Below are positions 24,601-32,619 of a DNA stretch of 64,000 nucleotides, piece after piece. Location: contig JAPMXV010000071.1 in the NCBI GenBank assembly GCA_026936335.1, forward strand, positions 186,001 through 250,000, in the 5' to 3' direction. Position 1 is the first letter of the stretch; the number at the start of each line of letters is the position of its first letter. Source of the DNA: Mantamonas sphyraenae STR306 (taxonomy: Eukaryota > Protista > CRuMs). A program made the translations under genes and the position numbers. The notes below the pieces were generated by a model. The model saw only the letters and a program-made list of their open reading frames with translations. It ran no database searches and was not told where the DNA came from.

Positions 24601-26070
24601 ATGGTACGGGAACTCATCACGGTGCAGGTGGGCCAGTGTGGCAACCAGATTGGGTACCGGTTCTGGGACCGTGCACTTCGTGAACACGCGCAGTACCAAT
24701 CGGACCAAGGGGAGGCAGTGTACGACGAAGCCATGAGCTCATTCTTCCGCAACGTGGACACTCGATACGACGACCCGGTGTCCATTGACGTGGACCAGCC
24801 CATTTCCACGCTCAAGGCACGTGCGGTGCTTGTGGACATGGAGGAAGGGGTGGTGCAGCAAACCCTGAAGAGCGACCTGGGCGAACTGTTTGACACCCGC
24901 CAATTCCTCACCGACGTGTCTGGGTCGGGCAACAATTGGGCCCATGGATATGGACTGTATGGGGCCCAGTACGCAGATGAGATCCTGGAAAAGGTGCGAC
25001 GGCCGGTGGAGTTTTGCGACTCGTTGCAGTCGTTCTTTGTCATGAACTCACTGGGGGGTGGCACGGGCTCCGGGTTGGGCTCACGTGTCATGCAACTCCT
25101 CTATGACGAGTATCCACATGTGTACCGCTTTGCCACCAGCGTGTTTCCCTCGGAGCAGGACGACGTGATCACCTCCCCGTACAACTCGGTGCTGGCCCTG
25201 CACAAACTCAGCGACTACGCCGACTGTGTGTTTCCCATTGAGAACCAGGCCTTGTTGCGCATGTGTCAGGTGTCCTCGGCCAAGAGTAGCAAACACCAGG
25301 CCAAGAGCAACGCCCTCCTGGACTCCTCGGCCCTGGCCAACGACGACGAAAAGCCCTTTGACGCCATGAACAACATTGCTGCACAGATGCTACTCGACCT
25401 CACCGCTTCCATGCGATTCGAGGGCTCCCTCAACATCGATCTGAACGAAATCAGCATGAACCTGGTGCCCTATCCGCGCCTGCACTTCCTCACCGCCGCC
25501 CTCAGCCCTCTCCATACCTTTGGCGATGTCGGCATGCAGCCGCGTCGCTTGGATCAAATGTTCACCGATGGGTTTGACAAGGCCAACCAGTTGATTGAGG
25601 CGGAACCGCGTCGAGACACATTCCTGGCGTGTGCGTTGATGGTGCGCGGTCACAAGGTGGACATTTCCGACATCCGACGCAACATCAATCGCATGAAGGA
25701 CAAGCTGGACTTTATCTACTGGAACCAGGAGGGGTGGAAGGTGTCGTTGTGCAGTCAACCGCCCGTGGGGTTGCCCCAGTCGCTCTTGACACTGAGCAAC
25801 AACTGTTGCATCAGCGACATCTTTTCCAGGCAGCTCACCAAGTTCAACACCTTGTACGACCGAAAGGCCTATGTACAGCACTACAAGGACTACGTTGAAC
25901 TGGATGTGTTTGATGAGGCACGCGACAATCTCATGCAACTCATCCAGGATTACGAGGACCTTCGCAACGCCGAGAAGCCAGGCAGCGTTGCCCTTGGCGG
26001 TCATTCGTCCTCCTCTTCTGCCTATGGCTTTGGCACAGAGAATGACGACGAACGGTTGCGTCCCCTTTGA
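24601..26070 (+). CDS. TUBE1: Epsilon-tubulin
   Basis: MVRELITVQVGQCGNQIG..FW, LKARAVLVDMEEGVV, GSGNNWAHG, GGGTGSG, DDVITSPYNS, WNQEGWK; these are epsilon-type features. Confidence 0.93.
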   Translation: MVRELITVQVGQCGNQIGYRFWDRALREHAQYQSDQGEAVYDEAMSSFFRNVDTRYDDPVSIDVDQPISTLKARAVLVDMEEGVVQQTLKSDLGELFDTRQFLTDVSGSGNNWAHGYGLYGAQYADEILEKVRRPVEFCDSLQSFFVMNSLGGGTGSGLGSRVMQLLYDEYPHVYRFATSVFPSEQDDVITSPYNSVLALHKLSDYADCVFPIENQALLRMCQVSSAKSSKHQAKSNALLDSSALANDDEKPFDAMNNIAAQMLLDLTASMRFEGSLNIDLNEISMNLVPYPRLHFLTAALSPLHTFGDVGMQPRRLDQMFTDGFDKANQLIEAEPRRDTFLACALMVRGHKVDISDIRRNINRMKDKLDFIYWNQEGWKVSLCSQPPVGLPQSLLTLSNNCCISDIFSRQLTKFNTLYDRKAYVQHYKDYVELDVFDEARDNLMQLIQDYEDLRNAEKPGSVALGGHSSSSSAYGFGTENDDERLRPL

Positions 26071-26099
26071 GGGCAAGGTGTGTCCGTGGTCACGGGCGC

Positions 26100-26300
26100 A
26101 GGCAATCAAACCCTTCTTCATTGTATTGGCCACATGACTGTGCACATGGCCTTCGGCTAGTCGATGCACCACATGGTGCGACAAGGTAGTATGGGTAAGC
26201 CTGTGGATTTGGATCTGTAGGCCGATCATTTGCCTATCCTTCGTCGCTGTACCCTTTGTCGCTTGGGAGCATGCTGTTGTGGTTGTGACCCACCCGAATC
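26100..26300 (-). ncRNA. Candidate Fanzor omegaRNA scaffold
   Basis: Lies at and just after the Fanzor stop; minus-strand hairpins at 26128-26151 (9 bp with two G-U pairs) and 26160-26182; possible enclosing stem 26153-26159/26218-26225; boundaries are a guess. Confidence 0.45.
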
Positions 26301-29300
26301 CTCTTCTTCCCCCACTTCCTCATCTCTTCTCTTCTTGCTTCTCTTGCCCGCCTTGTCTGCTGCCTTGCGTTGCTTCCTTCGTCGCTGTACCCTTTGTCGC
26401 TTGGGAGCATGCTGTTGTGGTTGTGACCCACCCGAATCCTCTTCTTCCCCCACTTCCTCATCTCTTCTCTTCTTGCTTCTCTCGCCTGCCTTGTCTGCTG
26501 CCTTGCGTTGCACCTTGATTTTCTTTGTTGGCTTCTCCATCCAGACGCCTGTGACAAAGAAGAGCATCTGCCGCCAGAAGATGCAGTGTGCAGAGCCTCG
26601 ATCTCGCTGAACTGCCTGGTGCAAGTTGTGCTCACCCTCGCCCTCCATCTCTTTGCATGCGTGCCGTTGTGCAAAGCGTTTGAGCTGCTTGGTGGCGTCA
26701 AACATGTTGGAGTCGATGTCCGACAGGCAGTGGCTACTGCACGTCCGCCACCGGCCGAACTTCTCAGCGCCAAAGTCGTCCAAGTTGTCGACAGGGCTGC
26801 CACAGAAGCACTGCTGCGATGTATACCTCTCGTCTGCTGCAATGACCACAAAGTGGTTGGCCAGCATCTCCCGCATCTCCTGCGATTTCCCGCGTCCGCC
26901 AAACGTCTTTGTCGGCTGCAGCACAATCACCTGCTTCAGGTCCAGATGCGCGCGGAACCTGTGGATCACTGAGATCATCTCACGCACGCCTGCCATCCTT
27001 CGTTTGCGATACGTTGCGTACTGCGCACGCATGTGCTTCGCATCCTTGTGCAAATCTTTTCCAAAGACACGTTGCTTGTACTCCTCCTTGAAGTCCGTGT
27101 ACGACGCCAGCACTCGGTCCTGCCCTGCCTTGTGTGCCTGCACATCGTGGCTGTCCAGGGGCAAGGTGGCCACATACAGCTGGCCGTCCCGCACAAAGAT
27201 CGCCTCGACCCAGTCGCGCCCGCGACCAGGATCTATGCTAACCCAAAGCACGTTGCGTGCATGCTCAAGGACTGCGTATCCATTCTTGGCAAAGGCTTTG
27301 ACCTGCTCGACCAAGCCACGCTTCGGAACGGGGTACTTCGGGAAACCAGGCGCGATCTGCTGGACCCTGGTCGTCCACGTGTCTGGCATGCCCGTGGGCT
27401 TCAGTACGGCAAGGGCAATCAGCGCGTCCTTCTTGGAATCCAGCAGAAGGGGCAGGAGATGTGCCATCCTTGGCCTGATCAGCGTTGCGAGGCTCGCCGG
27501 TGAAGGCAGGAGATTGTGAACTTTCGGTGGCTGCAACACATACGCTCGCCTGTACTTGCCGTGAGCGGCGATCCCGCCCGAGAGCATGCGCATGCTGCTG
27601 GCGCTGACGTTCTTCAGTAGGCACCTTGCGTGTGTCTTGCTTCCAACTCTCCGCGTCAGCATCAAGATGGACTGCAGAGGCACGGTTTGCAGCGGCCGCT
27701 CTCCTGCCCAGTGTTGGACCGGCTGACCATCCTCGTCAGCGTTGTTTTCTGGCATGCCACGAGCGTATCGACACCGGAACACCTCTTCCCGAAGCCATTT
27801 GGGCAGAGTTGGCAGCACCTGCGGAGTCAAAACCCACTCGCGTTCTTTCAGTGCATTCCACCAGCCCGGGTTGGCGTCCGACTTGGCGTTCGGGTTTGCG
27901 TCTTGGGGGTCGGCTGGGTTGGCGCCCAACTTGGCGTCTGGATTGGCGTTCCCGTTCGGCTTGCCAAGGGCTTTCCACCTCGCTTCGATGCTCTGCACAA
28001 AGATGTCAAAGGCGTAGCTGTCGACTGAAGAAGCGCCAAATGCCCATTGGCCACCTGTATCGATGGGTCCGGGGAACATGGCATCCATGCATTTCAACCT
28101 TGCTGCCGTGGAAGCAACGGTACGCTTTGCCTGGCGGTTGGAAAGGTTGGTGGTCAGGTTTGAGCGTGGCTTCAGCACCACGTCCAAAAAGTCGGTCAGT
28201 GCGACCCTCTTGGCCAGCAGATGCGTGCGAAGAAGCGGAGGCAGGCTCTCGCAGACTTCATCGTACGGATCCCACTCAGAGGCGGTTGCGGTCTGGTGGG
28301 TTGGCTGCGAAAAGACAAAGTCCTGGGACTCCTTTGTGGAGATCTGATGCCTCTGAAACGCTGTCTTTGTGTTGGAGTAGCTCTGGTGCTTGAGGGCCGC
28401 GACGCTTGCAATCATGGCTGATAGGGGGAGTTCAACGGGTGCCCCGTCCTGCAGCAAGGCGACGATCATTGGGTACGCAGCGAGGGAAATCGCTGATTGA
28501 AGGCTAGCGTTAAAGGCCTTGGCCACGTCGTTTGCCATCCCCCAGACGGACGTGCGTTTGACGGAAGAAAGGTCCACTTGGAGCCTGTGGACGAGAAAGG
28601 AGAAATCCAAGGTCTTGTCGTGGTCACCAGCCTTGCGAATCCCATCGTTCGTGAAGCAGACTGCCTGGAGCTCCTCTGGGTTGTCCCTGTTGTCAATCAG
28701 CATGTTGAGGTTGTTGTAGGCGACCTTGCGCAGGTTGACATGCGGGCGAAGCAGGTCAAACGGCACCATTGCCCCCTCGTCCTCATCCATCTCCTCCTCT
28801 TCAGCCACCGTCTGCATCCCAACCCCCTCGCCATCCGTCGCATCCCCTGTGTGTTGTTCCAGTGGCATCTGCTCCTCCTCCTCCTCCTGCTCGGCCGGCC
28901 CATCACAAGCTGTGAACCACGCAGTGGGATCCTTGCGTACCTCTGGCACCACTTGGTCATAGAACCAGCACCTTAATAAGGCTGTTTGCAGCAGCAGAAG
29001 CTCAGCCAGCGCACCGACGACGTCCTCGTTCCGGCTCGTTCCCAGGCCACGCATGTGTTGCTTCAAGTTCACCTTCTTCTTCAGGTAACTCTGGTACTGC
29101 ACAAAGTCCTTGTCCTTGACAACACTCGCCTTCGCCTTGTTGGGCAGCAGCGTCGACATGCCTCGCGATTCGGGCCACCAAACCGGGCGGCCACGCTGAG
29201 TTCCCATCACGGCGTCCTTGTCGTGGAATGCATCTGCAAGCGGTGTGGTTGGTACGTTCTGTCCTGACTGCAGTGCAGCTTCCAGCTGATCCGCTCTCGT

Positions 29301-31942
29301 TGTCGAGGAGCCCAGCGGGGGACGCAAGACTTGGCCCTCCATTCCCAGCAACCGCGCAAGTTGTTCCTCTTGCTGCAGTGTGAGAATGTGAGGAGAAGAT
29401 GCCCATTCTTGCATGGCTTGTTGGTCATTCAGTGCCTGGTCCTTGCAGAAAACCGAAATCTTGAACTCGGGCGGCGCGTCGCCCACCAGATTGAGGATGT
29501 CGTCCAACGGCGCGGTCAAGAGGTACGGGATTGCACAGTCCTCCTCGTCCGGCTTCGGGTTGTCCGTCTCGCCGACCATGGCGTTTGCGACGATCTGATG
29601 GGTGCCGTGCGCGCGGTGGAACGGCATCTCCTGAGCGTGGAGTCCGCCCTCGACTTTCCTCGGACTGCGTCCGACCTTGTAGTCCATGTGTGGACGGGTG
29701 TCCTTGATCTTTTTGAGCTTCTCGGCGTGCTTGTAGGTGATAGTCTTGTCCCGAACCTTCAGCTGGGCGGCCAGGGCCTCGACGGAGCGTGGCTTCCCCT
29801 TCACCTGCTTGCGACTGCATGTGCAAACACGGGACAGGAGCTCCATTGCAGCCTCAGCGCGCTGGTGGTCGAGCTCGTACACTCCTCCCAGCCGTTGGCA
29901 CACACCCAACGACAATGCGAGTGCCGATTGTGGCGTACAGGAGCGGTATTTGTCTTGAAGTCCCACTGTGGCCAGCACCTCGCCCAACGTCGTGTTCTTG
30001 TCATCCTTGACGCCCATGGCCCAGGTTTTCAATCCTGATTGGCTCAATTTCTTCCGGAGAGAAACCTGGTCGATGGGCGAGCCGCTGAACATGTTGACCA
30101 GCTGGCGCGGAACTGCAGGATCATGGCAGGCAACGGCAGCCAACAGACGGGCCTCCCGGTGGCAAAGAACGACACTGTTGGCTTTGTTCTCGCCGTTGAC
30201 GAACGTGGCCAGCTCCATCATTTCCACGCCATGATTAGCCAGGCACTGGCGAAGCAGAGGAAACAGTGTTGTCACCGTCGCCCTGCTGGCAAAGCTGCGC
30301 TGCCTCGCGTTGGTGAAGGTCTGCTGGGATGCAGCAGCACCCAGCTGTTTGTACAGCGTGTGCATCTCGATGGGTGTACCAAAGCCATCAAGGACAGCAT
30401 TCGTCGCGATTGCGTCGTCGACCACTGTCAACGACGAGGACAATTTGCGCAGCCGCGGCACCACTTTGCCAAACACTGAGGTGACCCACTGCATGGGAGA
30501 GGCGTACTCGGGGGGATGGGTGGCTTGATGGTCGGAGAGGCGCAGGTACCTGCCCACAAGCGTGGACAGGCCCACAAACATGGGCACAAGCTGCAAAGTT
30601 GCGGAGGGTGATTGCCAGTCGTTGTGCAGAACGTCCAACTGCTTGGAAGTGAGCGGTGTCTTTGCTCCAGTCATCGTTGGCAACTGGAAGGAGGCGTTTG
30701 CAATAGGCTTTGCAGGGCTGGCAAGGACAAGTCCACGCACGGTCACAGTTGCGCCGGCCACCACCGTTCGTGTCGAAGGGTGCCTTCCATGAGACTGTGT
30801 CGTCTCGCGTGCTCTGGCACTTTTGTAGAGGGCGACCGCGGCTTCCTGTGTGCTGGTCTTCTTGACCTTGGGGGACTTAATCGGCTGAGGCGTGCGGAAC
30901 ACGTTGGACTTGTTCCGGAGATCGATTACGCCCCCTACCGAAGGTGGAAAGGCCCACTGGTCCACGGACACGGACGTCGTGGGCACGAGCAGTTTCACCG
31001 CAACGGGTTCGGGCCTGGACGCCCACGTCTCCTCCGTCAGCATGCACTGCTTGTCGTCGTACACACGGTAAGTCCCTCCATCCTGTGGCAGCCACGCGGT
31101 GTAGTGATTGCCGGCGAAGCGAAGGACGGCAAACGGACACGGAGCCGGCTGCATCGGAGGCGCATGTTGTCGCGCAAGCTCATCAAATTTCGCTGTGGCA
31201 GCTTCCTGCTCGAACAAATTCACGACCTTGACGGGGAAATCCGCGTCGAAGGCCTTTTGCAGGCAGAGGTCCAGGTCGTAGCAATCGCCCCAAAAGCCAG
31301 CATCGCCCGCCTTCACCGAGGCTGCCAAAAAGAGGTCGTTGCAGGCCCGAGCATAATCATCATCCTCGCAGAACATGGCCATGCACCAGCACTGGCGCAG
31401 GAGGGCTGTGTTGACGACGTCGGGGTCTGTGCGCGCGCGCGGGGGGGGGGAGTGGGGGGAGGAGCGTCAGCACGGGATTTTTGACGGGCATGGAGCCGGA
31501 AGCGCACTCCCTACTTACCGAGTCGCTGCTCACCGTCCTGCGCATCCAGATCATCACGGTGTCTAGGATCCAATCCGGCCTCCCAGATGGATGAGCCCTC
31601 CTCTGTTTCCTCCATCCTTTCCACCCAGCTGATGAGATACTTGCACATCGAAAAGCGCAGCGGTGGTGAGCAGCGCACAGCGGCTGTATACGCGGATACC
31701 CAGCACGCCTGATCTTTCGGATTGACACCGTTGACGGTGGCGTACGATTGCATGTCCATTTCTGGCATACAGAGGGCTTGCAGTTGCGTGCGGGGCGGGT
31801 AGAGCGAGATGGAGCTATGTGACGCGACACACGCTGCACAGACAACTGAGACATGCCCGCCTCTTGGTAACTTGACCCAGCACACCATCAGCACACTGTT
31901 GTCTTTGCAGCTTGGGTTTTGGCAACGGAGAAAGTTGGACAT
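26226..31942 (-). CDS. Giant Fanzor (eukaryotic TnpB-like RNA-guided RuvC nuclease), ~1874 aa after splicing, with a putative N-terminal USP-like protease domain
   Basis: RuvC-I WVSIDPG (Asp 27231-27233), RuvC-II DERYTSQQCFC (Glu 26829-26831), Zn finger CFC...CSSHC, RuvC-III QRDRGSAHCI (Asp 26601-26603); exon 31942-31519 joins exon 31426-26226 in frame. Confidence 0.82.
26237..26511. repeat. Near-perfect tandem duplication, period 138 bp (46 aa), at the Fanzor C-terminus
   Basis: Copies start at 26237 and 26375 and differ by about 2 substitutions; encodes RKAADKAG.RSKKRRDEEVGEEEDSGGSQPQQHAPKRQRVQRRR twice. Confidence 0.95.
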
Positions 31943-32232
31943 GTGATTCGTTCAAGTGGCCCAGGTCTCGCTGCATCGTTCACTCATCCACGTGGGTGCG
32001 ATGTGCTGTCCCCGTTTCCATCATGGCTCCGTGTACGGCACCCGATTGCCCGCCACTGACTTGCAGTGCATGATGGCGGGGTGCACGCCTGCACCGCGCT
32101 GGGCTCGTCCACATGCACAGACAGAGCCAAGTGGACAGGCTGTGCGACAACATCCAGGGTACTTCAGCAGAAATTGCCCTTTTGGTGGATCCTTGGCCAT
32201 CACATCTGACAAAGAGGCCTTTCCGGGAGAGG

Positions 32233-32568
32233 CTACGTGCTTGAAGAGTGCCATAACGCTCCTCTCATGTGGCAACAAGCGTCTTGCGCCTTATCCGCCA
32301 CCTGTTCAGCAATGAACTGGTCGTCATTGGCATCCAGGAGACGCCTGGACGGTGGTTGGGCCACAAGAGGGCGTACATGGCCCATGGCTCGGTGTTGACG
32401 TACAATCTTGGACACGACGGAAGGAGACACACCGAGAGCCTCCGCGGTGCCTCTGCACGAAGGACGCAGGCTGGATTGGTTGTGAAAGAGAATGCATTCT
32501 CGTTTGTCCGCCGAAAAGGCTTTGCCGTGGATGCATGACCCACCCGTTGCATTCGTTTTGACGGTCAT
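32233..32568 (-). pseudogene. IS630/Tc1-mariner-type transposase N-terminal HTH fragment
   Basis: GKAFSADKRECIL...SCRGTAEALGVSPSVVSKIVRQHRAMGHVRP...RRLLDANDDQFI matches the IS630/Tc1 N-terminal pattern; no intact DDE domain follows. Confidence 0.6.
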
Positions 32569-32619
32569 TTCTTTTTGCGTCCACAGCGCGCTCACAAAAA
32601 ATCCCCTTTCCCTTCCCAT

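Larger units (their letters stand above)
26071..32570 (-). mobile_element. Putative Fanzor-carrying, probably non-autonomous DNA transposon (IS630/Tc1-mariner-like remnant); ends undefined
   Basis: Fanzor gene, upstream transposase-like HTH and downstream hairpins; lacks the host's (GT)n/(CA)n tracts. No TIR or TSD could be found by eye. Confidence 0.6.

Noticed and set aside
26157-26182. Helitron 3' end (hairpin followed by CTAG on the minus strand)
   Set aside because: CTAG abuts the hairpin and is followed by C rather than T, and there is no Rep/helicase gene.
26237-26511. CRISPR-like array near the RuvC nuclease
   Set aside because: There are only two contiguous 138-bp coding copies with no spacers; no repeat-spacer array is visible anywhere in the window.
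31943-32025. TGA readthrough or alternative genetic code linking ORFs 32021-32278 and 31511-31942
   Set aside because: TGA is the normal stop in many host genes here and in the Fanzor itself, so decay or splicing is more parsimonious.
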